Origin: Phycisphaerae bacterium
GTDB taxonomy: Bacteria; Planctomycetota; Phycisphaerae; Sedimentisphaerales; Anaerohalosphaeraceae
Assembly (NCBI GenBank): GCA_033809355.1
Contig: JAPXLV010000001.1
Coordinates: 58,295 to 122,294, forward strand
Direction: 5' to 3'
Length of the DNA stretch: 64,000 nt
Of this stretch, positions 26,595 to 37,587 are shown piece by piece. A program made the translations under genes and the position numbers. The notes beneath the pieces are model-generated. The model had not been told where the DNA came from, searched no databases, and was given only the letters and a program-made list of their open reading frames with translations. Within the stretch, counting starts at the first letter, position 1; each line of letters begins with the position of its first letter.

Positions 26595-28820
26595 ATGAGC
26601 ATTCGATTTAATCAACAGTCTTTGAGGATGGTTTTTTTGACTATTCTGGTGGGTGTTCCCTGTCGGGCTGCTGATCAGCAAACGTATTATGTGCAGACCG
26701 TGAAAATCCCCGACGGATATACGCATTCACAGAAGGTCGAACTTTCCGCTCGCGTCTTGCCCCATCCCCGACAACGGATATGGTTCGATGATGAATTCTT
26801 TGGGTTTATCCATTTTGGGGTCAATACCTTTACTGGCCGAGAGTGGGGCACAGGTAAGGAAGAGCCGGCTCTGTTTAATCCCGGCAATCTGGACACCGAT
26901 TCGTGGTGCGAACTGCTCAAGGCAGCCAGGATGCAAAGAGTGGTGATGGTGGCCAAGCATCACGATGGATTTTGCCTTTGGCAGACCCGCTACACGTCGC
27001 ATTCTGTGGCCGATTCGCCCTGGCGTCATGGGCAGGGGGACGTGCTTAAGGAGGTGGCAGAATCGTGTAAAAAATATGGCTTAAAGCTGGGCATCTATCT
27101 TTCCCCGGCCGATTTGTATCAAATTGAGCGGCCGGGCGGTTATTACGGCAACGGTAGCGCGTTTACCGAGCGTGTCATTCCCCGACCCGTGCCCGGGCGT
27201 CCTTTCACGGATAAACGCACCTTTACGTATGTGTTGGATGATTACAATGAGTATTTTATGAATCAACTGTTTGAGTTGTTGACCGAGTATGGCCCGATTT
27301 ATGAGGTCTGGTTTGACGGGGCCAACCCCAAGCCGGGAACCGGCCAGACCTATACTTATAAGGAATGGTTTGACTTGATTCGCCAATTGGCTCCCGATGC
27401 GGTGATTTTTGGAAAAGGGCCCGATGCGCGATGGTGCGGCAATGAAGCCGGTCGAACACGTCAAGCGGAATACAATGTCATCCCGCTGTCTGTTTCGCCG
27501 GATACCTATGATTGGCCGGACAGAACCGAGCCAACTATTGCCGGTCGCGATAAAATTGACCATAACACACGCTATTTCCATTATTATCCCGCTGAGACCA
27601 ACACCTCTATTCGGAACGGATGGTTTTGGCGCAACGACCATGAGCAGCAGGTTCGCAGCGTGGACGATGTGTTTGATATCTATGAGCGTTCTGTCGGCGG
27701 CAACAGTATTTTTCTGTTGAATGTTCCCCCCAATACCGACGGACAAATCTCGACCCGCGATGCCGAGGTGCTTCGGGCCGTCGGCCGGAGAATCTCTGCC
27801 GTCTATAGCGAGTCCCTGCTCAAAGACGCGCGTGCCTCGGTGGAGAATGTGCTGGACGGTGATCCGGACACGTGGTGGCAGGCACCGGTCCCAGAGGCCT
27901 CATTTGAAGTATTTTTGCCTGAAAAAAGGACGGTCAATCGGTTTGTCATCCGGGAGGCCATTGCCCATCGAGGAGAACGCGCCGAGGCGCATTATCTCGA
28001 AGCACGGGTGGCCGGCGACTGGGTTCGCGTTGCCGAGGGCAAGACCATCGGCCATAAACGGATTCTTCGTTTCGCTCCGGTGCAGGCCGACGCATTCAGG
28101 CTGACGGTGACCCAGTCGCGTCTGGAGCCGTGCATTGCGGAGGTGTCAGCACATTTATATGACGAATCCTTCAAGCCAATCGCTATTCAGCACGACGCCG
28201 AGGGGATTGTCACCATTCAGGTTGTCGATTCGCCGATTGGCAGCAGGCAAGCCCTCTCGGAGTATGTCCCGCCTATTTTCTATACACTTGACGGGACAAC
28301 ACCAACGTCCGGGTCTATCCGTTATGAAGGGCCGTTCGCGCTGCCGCTGGGCGGGCATGTTCAGGCACGGCTGATTGTGGACGGCAAAGAAGGACCCGTC
28401 TGTTCGGTTCGACTGGGTATGGCCCCGAGCGGCTGGACGGCGAGGGATTCACAAGGACGCCCCGATGCGATGCGGGCGCTGGATGGCAACCCACAAACCC
28501 ACTGGGTTGCTGACGCGACCGAGACGCAGAGCCTGACGATCGATATGGGGCGGGATTATCCCATCGGCGGATTGACTTATCTTCCCCATCCGGACGGCGG
28601 CCGCATTGAGTCCTATGAGGTGCATATCAGCCGCGACGGGCAGACTTGGCGCCTCATTCATCGCGGGACATTCGGCAATATCGTCAACGATCCGAGCCTG
28701 CGAACGGAGCTGTTTGAGGCCCGATATACCGCGCGGTTTGTAAAGCTGGCAAATCTGCGTCCTCCGTCCTCCGAGACGCGCATTGGGGCGGCGGAAATCG
28801 AAATCCTGGCCGCAAAATGA
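26595..28820 (+). CDS. Alpha-L-fucosidase (GH29) with C-terminal F5/8 type C (discoidin-like) domains
   Basis: Signal peptide present. GH29 core motifs FGFIHFGVNTF and HHDGFCLWQT. The C-terminal repeats resemble discoidin/CBM32 (LDGDPDTWW, LDGNPQTHW). Confidence 0.85.
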   Translation: MSIRFNQQSLRMVFLTILVGVPCRAADQQTYYVQTVKIPDGYTHSQKVELSARVLPHPRQRIWFDDEFFGFIHFGVNTFTGREWGTGKEEPALFNPGNLDTDSWCELLKAARMQRVVMVAKHHDGFCLWQTRYTSHSVADSPWRHGQGDVLKEVAESCKKYGLKLGIYLSPADLYQIERPGGYYGNGSAFTERVIPRPVPGRPFTDKRTFTYVLDDYNEYFMNQLFELLTEYGPIYEVWFDGANPKPGTGQTYTYKEWFDLIRQLAPDAVIFGKGPDARWCGNEAGRTRQAEYNVIPLSVSPDTYDWPDRTEPTIAGRDKIDHNTRYFHYYPAETNTSIRNGWFWRNDHEQQVRSVDDVFDIYERSVGGNSIFLLNVPPNTDGQISTRDAEVLRAVGRRISAVYSESLLKDARASVENVLDGDPDTWWQAPVPEASFEVFLPEKRTVNRFVIREAIAHRGERAEAHYLEARVAGDWVRVAEGKTIGHKRILRFAPVQADAFRLTVTQSRLEPCIAEVSAHLYDESFKPIAIQHDAEGIVTIQVVDSPIGSRQALSEYVPPIFYTLDGTTPTSGSIRYEGPFALPLGGHVQARLIVDGKEGPVCSVRLGMAPSGWTARDSQGRPDAMRALDGNPQTHWVADATETQSLTIDMGRDYPIGGLTYLPHPDGGRIESYEVHISRDGQTWRLIHRGTFGNIVNDPSLRTELFEARYTARFVKLANLRPPSSETRIGAAEIEILAAK

Positions 28821-28881
28821 GGCCCTCCAAAGCCTGCGGTAAAGTTACGTCGGGGCTGGATAGACGCCTCAGGTCAATACT

Positions 28882-28906
28882 CCGGCCAATCCTTGGGATT
28901 GGCCGG
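28882..28906 (+). terminator. Strong hairpin downstream of the GH29 gene (11-bp perfect stem)
   Basis: CCGGCCAATCC ttg GGATTGGCCGG, read directly. The trailing T-tract is weak (tgccccactcttgttgtgtt). Confidence 0.5.
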
Positions 28907-29208
28907 TGCCCCACTCTTGTTGTGTTCGGTCCGGGCATCCCATAGACCTCTGCAAAAAAAATAAAAATTTTTTGGATTTTTTGATTTTTCATCTGTGGCC
29001 GCACGTCGGGGTTTTTATTGGACGTAACATCGGCTCGTCAAGGTGCTTGTCTGTATATAGTGCATGCTCTGTGTACGATGGCTATATCTTGTAGGGCGGT
29101 CGGCCTTGCCGATAAAATAGGCGATTCAAGATTTTCGCGTCGGTTTTCCGATATGCTTAGCATTAAACATGGATGTTGAAACAAACGCCGACAGGAGTGA
29201 AAATTGGT

Positions 29209-29358
29209 ATGAGCAAGCAGGAAATCATCGAGTGCATTATTGAGATTAACCGAACCGCCAAGCCGGAGTTTTTGGATCAGTTTACCATCGAGGACCTCGA
29301 TCTGTATCTCGAACATTTGATGGAAGTGGACCTCGAAGAGGTCTGCGTCTGTGCCTGA
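29209..29358 (+). CDS. Small acidic hypothetical protein (49 aa) ending in CVCA
   Basis: AGGAG (29193..29197) lies 11 nt before the ATG. GC3-rich, gene-like codon usage (AGC AAG CAG ATC GAG ACC GCC CTC CTG). A terminator hairpin lies about 150 nt downstream. Sequence: MSKQEIIECIIEINRTAKPEFLDQFTIEDLDLYLEHLMEVDLEEVCVCA. Confidence 0.45.
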   Translation: MSKQEIIECIIEINRTAKPEFLDQFTIEDLDLYLEHLMEVDLEEVCVCA

Positions 29359-29505
29359 AGGGGGTCGGTAAAGAAACGTCTCCCGTCATGTTCGGTGTCA
29401 GTGTCGGCGTCTAAACGGCCTGTACCCCAACGACGGGGCAAGGCGCCTCTAAACGAATCACATCGAGCCGTCTGGGCGGCATGCCGCACCACAAAAATCC
29501 TTTTT

Positions 29506-29529
29506 AGGGGCCTTCTATGGCCTCTTTTT
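29506..29529 (+). terminator. Intrinsic terminator
   Basis: AGGGGCC ttctat GGCCTCT followed by TTTT (29526..29529). Confidence 0.55.
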
Positions 29530-29552
29530 CATTTATCCGGCGGCGTTTTGGC

Positions 29553-29580
29553 TTGACAGGGCAGGGCAAGTTGATATTGT
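29553..29580 (+). promoter_or_regulatory. Candidate sigma70-type promoter for the TPR lipoprotein gene
   Basis: TTGACA (29553..29558), 16-nt spacer, TATTGT (29575..29580). An AAGGAG SD precedes the ATG at 29628. Confidence 0.4.
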
Positions 29581-29627
29581 AACACATAAAAGAGCAGATT
29601 TCGATTTTCTTTCGAAAGGAGTTTCGA

Positions 29628-30410
29628 ATGGCCAGAATGAGTTTGATTGCCGTTGTCACCGCGATGCTTTTTGCGGCAGGGTGCCAGGATATTCGACGTC
29701 AGCATGCCCATTTATTGGTGGAGCCGGCCCCGATTGAAGCGGCTCAGCAAGGCTTTTTGATGCCGGGCGCTCGGGAGGCGGACTATGTGGAACGGGTTGC
29801 CGCAGCTCGACAGGCTTATCGCGAGGCCTTAGAGTCGCTGATTGCCTATTACAAGTCGGTCGGCAATTACACCAAAGGCCAATGGGCCCAAAACGAACTG
29901 CGTACCTTTAATCAAATGGTTCACTACACCTATCTGGCGCCGGCCGAGACCGCTCCGGCGAATCTGCAGGCACGCGACGTCATCGATGAAGCCGAGCAGC
30001 TTTACGCCAAGGCCATGGAACTGTTTCGCGAAGGCGGCGGCGGATTGCTGATTGTTGATGAAGCCAAACTTCGTGAGTCTCTGAAATACTTTAACCAGCT
30101 GATTGCTGAGTATCTGACCAGCACACGGATTGACGATGCCGCTTATCGGGCCGGCCAGATTTATGAGTATCTGAAAAACTACGAACTGGCGGCGGTCTAT
30201 TATCAGCGGGCGTTCCAGTGGGATCCGAACACGCCCTATCCTGCGCGCTATCGTGCGGCGACGATTTTGGACCAGAAGCTCAAAATGCGCCCCGAGGCAC
30301 TGGCGCTCTATCAATTGGCCATTGAACACGAGAGCCGCTATACGGATTATGTGGAAAACGCCAAACGCCGAATTGCGGAGTTGACAGGGGCCGAAGAAGA
30401 CGTCCAGTAA
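29628..30410 (+). CDS. Tetratricopeptide-repeat lipoprotein
   Basis: Lipobox LFAAGC. TPR-like helical repeats (AAYRAGQIYEYLKNYELAAVYYQRAFQWDPN). Confidence 0.7.
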   Translation: MARMSLIAVVTAMLFAAGCQDIRRQHAHLLVEPAPIEAAQQGFLMPGAREADYVERVAAARQAYREALESLIAYYKSVGNYTKGQWAQNELRTFNQMVHYTYLAPAETAPANLQARDVIDEAEQLYAKAMELFREGGGGLLIVDEAKLRESLKYFNQLIAEYLTSTRIDDAAYRAGQIYEYLKNYELAAVYYQRAFQWDPNTPYPARYRAATILDQKLKMRPEALALYQLAIEHESRYTDYVENAKRRIAELTGAEEDVQ

Positions 30411-30464
30411 GCGTGTCGGTCATTGCCTCTGTTGGCAATGCCGTTGTCGAGAGGGCCTGTCGTG

Positions 30465-30740
30465 ATGGAACAGACGGCCAGACATATCATTTTTCACGGG
30501 CGGGTGCAGGGTGTCGGCTTTCGCTATATCGCCTGCCGGGTGGCGGCCAAATACGGCGTAACCGGCTTTGTGCGGAATCTGCCTGATGGAACGGTAGAAG
30601 CCCTGATGCAGGGTTCACCCAATGCCATCGATTTGTGCCTGAAAGAGATCAAAGAGCACTTTGAGCATTACGTCCGTGAGGTTACCGTCAATGAAGTGCC
30701 CGTCAATCCGCGTTATACCGAGTTTCGGATTGCCTATTGA
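30465..30740 (+). CDS. acyP: Acylphosphatase
   Basis: HGRVQGVGFRY signature. About 91 aa from the ATG at 30465. Confidence 0.85.
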   Translation: MEQTARHIIFHGRVQGVGFRYIACRVAAKYGVTGFVRNLPDGTVEALMQGSPNAIDLCLKEIKEHFEHYVREVTVNEVPVNPRYTEFRIAY

Positions 30741-31246
30741 TCGGCGGTGGATGACTTGTCTTGCCGAACCCCACGGGGAGAGCCGAAGAAGATAAAGGTC
30801 AGCATCGCCAGGGCCGCCCCGGCCAGAAACAAAGCCCGCCGAATGTTCGGTTGGCTGCAACGCTGAAGCCAGGCCGGCATCGGTGTCCCGGCGTTGTTTT
30901 TGGCCTCGAGCATCTCAAACAGGGCCTGGGTTTTTTGACGCAAGTGCTGATTGTCTCCGCGGGGAAAGACGGTGTCCTCTCGTTCCAGCGGCTGATTGAA
31001 GGCCAACACCCGAATCCGATCGAGGACCGCCGGTTCCTGCTCAATCAGTTGAATGCGGGCGATGTACTGATCGGTCATCTCCTTGATTTGTTCATTCTGG
31101 GCGTAGATGTCCTGAAGGGCGCGTCGGCTCATATAATAATTCATCAGTTCCGGCTCGATGAGGATCGCCAGCGTCATCGCCCCGGCCCCCACGGTAAAGA
31201 ACAGACAAAACCACAAAAAACGGATTGTCAACGCCAACCTCGTCAA
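30734..31246 (-). CDS. Membrane protein, possible FtsB/DivIC-like septum formation initiator
   Basis: N-terminal TM helix followed by a coiled-coil-like segment (QDIYAQNEQIKEMTDQYIARIQLIEQEP). It lies immediately downstream of eno, a position ftsB-like genes occupy in several phyla. This is a weak call. Confidence 0.4.
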   Translation of the reverse strand: MTRLALTIRFLWFCLFFTVGAGAMTLAILIEPELMNYYMSRRALQDIYAQNEQIKEMTDQYIARIQLIEQEPAVLDRIRVLAFNQPLEREDTVFPRGDNQHLRQKTQALFEMLEAKNNAGTPMPAWLQRCSQPNIRRALFLAGAALAMLTFIFFGSPRGVRQDKSSTADQ

Positions 31247-31397
31247 CGGAAAATCAATGCTAAACGTTCAAAAAGCAAAATAAGGCAAGTCCGGCCCGCA
31301 GGACTGTACGTCATTTTCAGTTTGATGTTTGGTTTTTGGTTGTTAAAAAAGGCACAGACGCCCCGGTGACGTCTGTGCCTTAAATCTATCGGAATGT

Positions 31398-32714
<1,317 letters not shown>

Positions 32715-32891
32715 TCAGTGTCCGCAATACCGCCTCCGCGGCCGCGCACAATCTCCCTGATTCATCGCTACAAACAACCGCATAAGCGTACTCCATACGG
32801 CCGATTCCGTCAAGAAGGGTTTTTGGGAATTTTCTGCCCACAACCGATCTGCCGGCACTGCCCTGCCTGTTTCCCTGGGATAATCGCAGCA

Positions 32892-32919
32892 TTGCAAGAT
32901 AAACGGCAATCATTATAAT
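32892..32919 (+). promoter_or_regulatory. Candidate sigma70-type promoter for the flavoprotein gene
   Basis: TTGCAA (32892..32897), 16-nt spacer, TATAAT (32914..32919). Confidence 0.45.
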
Positions 32920-33002
32920 CTCAGCATCCTTCGGCCTGCTGTAGAGGGATAGCTTTGGCCGTGGGTACCGATGTTTTACCTCTTATTTGGCGGATAAAGC
33001 GG

Positions 33003-34256
33003 ATGGATGATTGTGCAATTGCAGGCGGAGGGGCGGCCGGCTTGATGGCCGCTGTGGCCGCCGCACAGGCCGGTGCCAAGGTGTGCGTGCTTGAGCGAAA
33101 CAGCGCCTTGGGACGAAAACTGCTGCTAACCGGCGGCGGGCGATGCAACCTGACCCACGGCGGTACTGTCGAGGGGCTGGTGCAGGCGTACGGCCATTGC
33201 GGCCGCTTCCTCAGACATGCGCTGCATATATTCGGTCCCGACGCGGTGATGCGGTTTTTTGCCGAACGGCAGGTGCCCTGTACCATCGAACAAGATGGAT
33301 GCGTCTTTCCTGCTGTCCATCGGGCGACGGACGTTTGCCGCACGCTGTACGAGACCGGCCGCGACCTCGGGGTGCAATATCTTTACAGTCGGCGCGTTGA
33401 GGCCATCACCCGAATCGAGAGCGGCTTTGAGTTGCATACCACCGGGCAAACCGTCCAGGCCCGCACTGTGATCATTGCCGCAGGCGGAGCCTCTTGGCCG
33501 CAAACCGGCAGCGATGGCGACGGCTGGCGCCTGGCAAAAGAGTTTGGTCATACCCTCATTCCCCCCCGCGCGGCAGTCTGTCCGGTGGTTGCCGCGGAGT
33601 CATGGGTTGGGCAATTGCAGGGGGTGGCGCTGGAAGATGCCGCCCTGAAGAGCACCATTGGCGGCAAAAAAATCGCCGCCCGCGGCGCGCTGGTCTTTAC
33701 CGCCAACGGCTTGGGCGGTCCGGCGGTTTTTGATCTGAGCCGTGAGGTGACCGATACGTTGTTTGCCGGGCGGGGGCCGGTGGCGATTGTGACGGATCTG
33801 GTCCCAACATTAACCATCGAGCAGCTCGATGCCGAATTGGTGGCCCAATCCGCCGCTCATGCCAAACGCCGCGCGTTTACCGTTCTGGCCGGCCGGATGC
33901 CGCGGGCCCTGGCGATGCTGCTGCTTTCACAGATAGAGCCGTCCCCGTCGCTCTTGGCCGGACAGATCACCCGGCAACAGCGTCGGAAATTGACCGAACT
34001 GGTCAAATCCCTGCCCCTGACGATTACTGCCACCGCCCCGTTGGCGCAGGCGACGGTAACTCGCGGGGGTGTGGCACTGGACGAAATAGACCCCAAAACT
34101 ATGCAATCACACAAGTGTCCGGGCCTGTTTTTCGCCGGTGAGACCCTCAATGCCGATGGCCCCTGCGGCGGCTACAACCTCCAGATCGCTTGGGCCACCG
34201 GGGTGCTGGCCGGACGTTCTGCTGCCCAGTTGGCCGCTTCGCTATCAACCGCCTAA
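33003..34256 (+). CDS. HI0933/BaiN-family NAD(P)/FAD-dependent oxidoreductase
   Basis: Dinucleotide-binding motif IAGGGAAGLMAA directly after the ATG at 33003. GRCNLTH and the C-terminal FAGETLNADGPCGGYNLQ are family-typical. Confidence 0.8.
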   Translation: MDDCAIAGGGAAGLMAAVAAAQAGAKVCVLERNSALGRKLLLTGGGRCNLTHGGTVEGLVQAYGHCGRFLRHALHIFGPDAVMRFFAERQVPCTIEQDGCVFPAVHRATDVCRTLYETGRDLGVQYLYSRRVEAITRIESGFELHTTGQTVQARTVIIAAGGASWPQTGSDGDGWRLAKEFGHTLIPPRAAVCPVVAAESWVGQLQGVALEDAALKSTIGGKKIAARGALVFTANGLGGPAVFDLSREVTDTLFAGRGPVAIVTDLVPTLTIEQLDAELVAQSAAHAKRRAFTVLAGRMPRALAMLLLSQIEPSPSLLAGQITRQQRRKLTELVKSLPLTITATAPLAQATVTRGGVALDEIDPKTMQSHKCPGLFFAGETLNADGPCGGYNLQIAWATGVLAGRSAAQLAASLSTA

Positions 34257-34348
34257 CGCGGCGGCCTTTTGAGACAGAAAAAAGCCTTCATGTTGCCTGC
34301 CCGTTCGAGCGACCAAGTCTCAATCAGGTCGGGCCTTCCTCTCGGCGC

Positions 34349-34377
34349 TTGAGTTTGTCGGTGGGGTTTGCTATGAT
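34349..34377 (+). promoter_or_regulatory. Candidate sigma70-type promoter for cmk, positioned for a leaderless transcript
   Basis: TTGAGT (34349..34354), 17-nt spacer, TATGAT (34372..34377). Only 9 nt separate the -10 box from the cmk ATG at 34387, and there is no SD. Confidence 0.4.
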
Positions 34378-34386
34378 ACCTGCCTG

Positions 34387-35082
34387 ATGACAGAAAATGC
34401 GATAAAACCCATTGTAATCACCATAGACGGCCCGGCCGGTGTGGGCAAAAGTACCGCCGCACGCGGCCTGGCGCAACGCCTGAATGCCACGTTTCTGGAT
34501 ACGGGCGCGATGTATCGAGCGGTAACGCTGGCGGCGACGGAACGCGGCATTGACCTGACCGATGTCGAGGCAATTGAAACGATGATGGACCGATGCCGGT
34601 TTGAATTTCAACCGGAGGGCGACACAATGCGCGTCCTGATCGACGGTGCCGATAAAACCGCCGACATTCGCACCCCTGAGGTAACCGAGCAGGTTCGCCA
34701 TATTGCCTCCTCCTCCGCCCTGCGCGAACGGCTGGTCGCTATGCAGCGTCGCTTTGCAGAGGGTCTTGCGAGGGTTGTTACCGAAGGCCGCGATCAGGGA
34801 ACAGTGGCTTTTCCCAACGCAGCGGTCAAGTTCTTTCTGACGGCCGACCCGACCGAACGCGCTCGCCGCCGACATAGCGAGTTGATCGCCGCCGGAAAGA
34901 ACCTCAGCCTCCAGACCGTTCTGGCACAGCAGCAGCAGCGCGATGCCGGCGATGAGGGGCGGCTCGTCGGTCCACTCAAACCCGCCGACGATGCGATTTT
35001 CATCGACACCACCACGCTGAATGCCGAAGAAGTAATCGACACCCTTGAAAAACACGTACGGGAGCGGCTTAATGAGCGGTAA
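34387..35082 (+). CDS. cmk: Cytidylate kinase
   Basis: P-loop ITIDGPAGVGKST and LDTGAMYRAVT. Confidence 0.9.
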   Translation: MTENAIKPIVITIDGPAGVGKSTAARGLAQRLNATFLDTGAMYRAVTLAATERGIDLTDVEAIETMMDRCRFEFQPEGDTMRVLIDGADKTADIRTPEVTEQVRHIASSSALRERLVAMQRRFAEGLARVVTEGRDQGTVAFPNAAVKFFLTADPTERARRRHSELIAAGKNLSLQTVLAQQQQRDAGDEGRLVGPLKPADDAIFIDTTTLNAEEVIDTLEKHVRERLNER

Positions 35083-35758
35083 CCCCCCAAAAGAAAGCCG
35101 ACTGCGTCGCCTATGGTATCATCTCAGCCAGTCTGTTGTGGTTGCTCTGGCTTTCTTGTTCTATCGAGTGCGGATTTTCGGCAAAGAAAACGTCCCCCAA
35201 GACGGCCCCCTGCTGGTGGTCAGTAATCATCAAAGTTTTTTAGACCCCATTCTTTGCCAGACGTGGATTTGGCGGCCGTTTCATTTTGTGCCGCGAGATA
35301 CCCTGCTGAAAAACGCTTTCTGGGGGACACTGATTAAGTCATACTACCTTATTCCCATTCGCAGGGGACAAGCCGATGTGGCGGCCATGAAGACCATTAT
35401 TGAGTTTCTGCGACAGGGCAAGGTTGTCTGTCTGTATCCCGAAGGCACCCGCACCCCCGACGGCCGTATCGGACAGATTAAACCGGGCTTTAGCCTGATG
35501 AGCCGACGCAGCGGTGCGGCGGTGCTGCCGATGGTCATTGACGGGATGTTCGAGGCCTGGCCGCGGACTCAAAAATACCCCAAACCCGGACGAGTCGGCG
35601 TGATGTACGGCAAGCCCTTTTCTGCAGACTATATCAAATCGCTCGGCGATGAGGCTTTTGCCGAAGAATTGACCGCCGCGCTTCGCCGAATGCAGACGGA
35701 ACTGCGCCGCAAAATGGGACGCGAGCCGATTGACTATACGGATAAAAAAACCGAGTGA
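35072..35758 (+). CDS. plsC: 1-acyl-sn-glycerol-3-phosphate acyltransferase
   Basis: Acyltransferase motifs NHQSFLDP (HX4D) and YPEGTRT. Start taken at the ATG at 35072, overlapping the end of cmk. Confidence 0.8.
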   Translation: MSGNPPKESRLRRLWYHLSQSVVVALAFLFYRVRIFGKENVPQDGPLLVVSNHQSFLDPILCQTWIWRPFHFVPRDTLLKNAFWGTLIKSYYLIPIRRGQADVAAMKTIIEFLRQGKVVCLYPEGTRTPDGRIGQIKPGFSLMSRRSGAAVLPMVIDGMFEAWPRTQKYPKPGRVGVMYGKPFSADYIKSLGDEAFAEELTAALRRMQTELRRKMGREPIDYTDKKTE

Positions 35759-35838
35759 TGAGCGGCTCTGTTCTTTTGATATAAAACGGACGACTTCAAA
35801 AACCAAAAGGTCTATCGGAGAGATATGACCAAGGCCCT

Positions 35839-36600
35839 ATGACACGTTTTTTTTACCAATTGGGCAAGACCGCTGGTCCCGCGTTGCGAAAGGCCAAATG
35901 GCTGTGGTCGGCAACGACCGCACCGGAGGCGGAGTCCATCGCCGCCGAGCAGGCCGCCGGCGCCGATTTGGCGCAGGTCGTGCGGCAACAGCGGCGGCTG
36001 TGCGCCGATTCGGATGTCCTTGAACTGCTGAACGCCACTGGAAAGACGCTGCTGCGGCGTGTGCGGGACAAGCGGAGAACCTTTGAGTTTATCTGCCTGG
36101 CCGGGGACAAGCCGGAGGCATTTTGTTTGCCGGGCGGTTTTGTGTTCGTCAGCCGGGCGATGATCGACCTGTGCGACCGCAATGCCGACCAACTGGCCTT
36201 TGTGCTGAGCCATGAGATTGCCCATATTCTGCAGGGCCACGCGATGCAGCGGATGATTAGCGGCGCCGTGCTTAGCGGCGTCGGACGTGCCGGAGCAGTC
36301 CGGTACACCGCCGCTGCCGGGGTGCTGCGGACGCTGGGCATTGAGTTTCTTACCAAGGCCTACTCCCGCCAGCAGGAATGCGATGCCGACGAAATGGGAC
36401 TGCGGCTGGCGATGGCCGCCGGCTTTAGCGGTCAGGCCGCCATTGGCGTCTTCGAAAAATTGGCCGCCCTGGAACGCCCCAACGGCACATTGAAATACTT
36501 CGCCACCCACCCCGAAGCCCAAGAGCGCATCACAGCCCTTCGCCGCCTTCTCGACCAGCGTCAAAAACGCCTGCAATCCGGTCACGGCACGTCAACATAG
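35839..36600 (+). CDS. M48-family zinc metallopeptidase
   Basis: HExxH in SHEIAHILQGH, plus a downstream EcDADEmG-like segment (QECDADEMG). Confidence 0.8.
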   Translation: MTRFFYQLGKTAGPALRKAKWLWSATTAPEAESIAAEQAAGADLAQVVRQQRRLCADSDVLELLNATGKTLLRRVRDKRRTFEFICLAGDKPEAFCLPGGFVFVSRAMIDLCDRNADQLAFVLSHEIAHILQGHAMQRMISGAVLSGVGRAGAVRYTAAAGVLRTLGIEFLTKAYSRQQECDADEMGLRLAMAAGFSGQAAIGVFEKLAALERPNGTLKYFATHPEAQERITALRRLLDQRQKRLQSGHGTST

Positions 36601-36649
36601 AATTAGTGTAATGAAAAATCCCCTTACCACTGGGAGGCATCTGGATGGC

Positions 36650-37516
36650 TTATGTCGCGCTTGCAGAAGCAGTGGACTTTGGCTGACGCGGAGGAGGGGC
36701 GGTCTTGCCGCGATAAACAATCACGCCGGTCGGGCATTTGTCCATCGCCCTTTGCGTTGCCTCGGACGGGGTATACGCCGCATAATCCAGCGTCGCCAGA
36801 TTGTCGGACACGGTAAACAGCTCGCTTTGCTTGCTGCAAATGCCGCAGCCGATACAGCCGACCTGGCAGAAACTGCGGGTGGTCTTGCCGTTTTCGCGGC
36901 TGCTGCATGCGACAGTCATCATATTTTCGTGCGTAAACGGCACCATCCGGATAAGATTCCGCGGGCAGGCCTTGGCACACGCACCGCAGCCGGTGCAGCG
37001 GTGATAATCGACTGTCGAAAGTCCGTCCACAATATGCAGCGCGTCAAATTTGCACGCCCGTACGCAATCTCCGAATCCCAGACAGCCGAAATGACACGCC
37101 TGCACGTCCGGCTGAGCGTTGGCGCTGGTGCAGCTTTCGATGCCGCTGTACTCGGCGTAAAACAATTTGTCCTCCCGGCGGGCACGGCAATGCACGATCG
37201 GCCGTTGCGGCGCGCCGCCGCTGGAAATCTGGAGGTTGAGAATCTGTCCGATCGCGGCACTGACATCCGCCCCGCCCGGCGTGCAACGGCCGATCAGTTC
37301 CGGATTAGCCACCACCGCCTTGGCATAGGAGGCGCAACCGGCAAACCCGCACGCTCCGCAATCAATCCCCGGAAGAGCCTTGTGAACTTGTTCCACTTTA
37401 GAGTCCACCTGCACGTGCAGCTTGATGCTGGCGATCAGCAAAATCAACGCAAACAGCGACGCCAGCCCCACCGCCAGCAGCGCCGCCGGCCAGATCTGTT
37501 GTATCCATTCCATCAT
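36650..37516 (-). CDS. rnfB: Rnf electron transport complex subunit B
   Basis: N-terminal TM helix, LPGIDCGACGFAGC, and several CxxCxxCxxxC ferredoxin motifs. It is the last gene of a C-D-G-E-A-B string. Confidence 0.9.
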   Translation of the reverse strand: MMEWIQQIWPAALLAVGLASLFALILLIASIKLHVQVDSKVEQVHKALPGIDCGACGFAGCASYAKAVVANPELIGRCTPGGADVSAAIGQILNLQISSGGAPQRPIVHCRARREDKLFYAEYSGIESCTSANAQPDVQACHFGCLGFGDCVRACKFDALHIVDGLSTVDYHRCTGCGACAKACPRNLIRMVPFTHENMMTVACSSRENGKTTRSFCQVGCIGCGICSKQSELFTVSDNLATLDYAAYTPSEATQRAMDKCPTGVIVYRGKTAPPPRQPKSTASASAT

Positions 37517-37587
37517 TTTTGGCTATCCTGTTTCGGGTGCTTAGTTGTATGGTATTTAATCGGTCCAAAGACCAGCCTTAGCAGTGT

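Noticed and set aside
29173-29208. Longer 61-aa version of the small acidic ORF, starting at the ATG at 29173.
   Set aside because: No SD precedes 29173, whereas AGGAG precedes 29209. The extra 12 codons overlap the SD. The shorter form is kept, though the longer one is not excluded.
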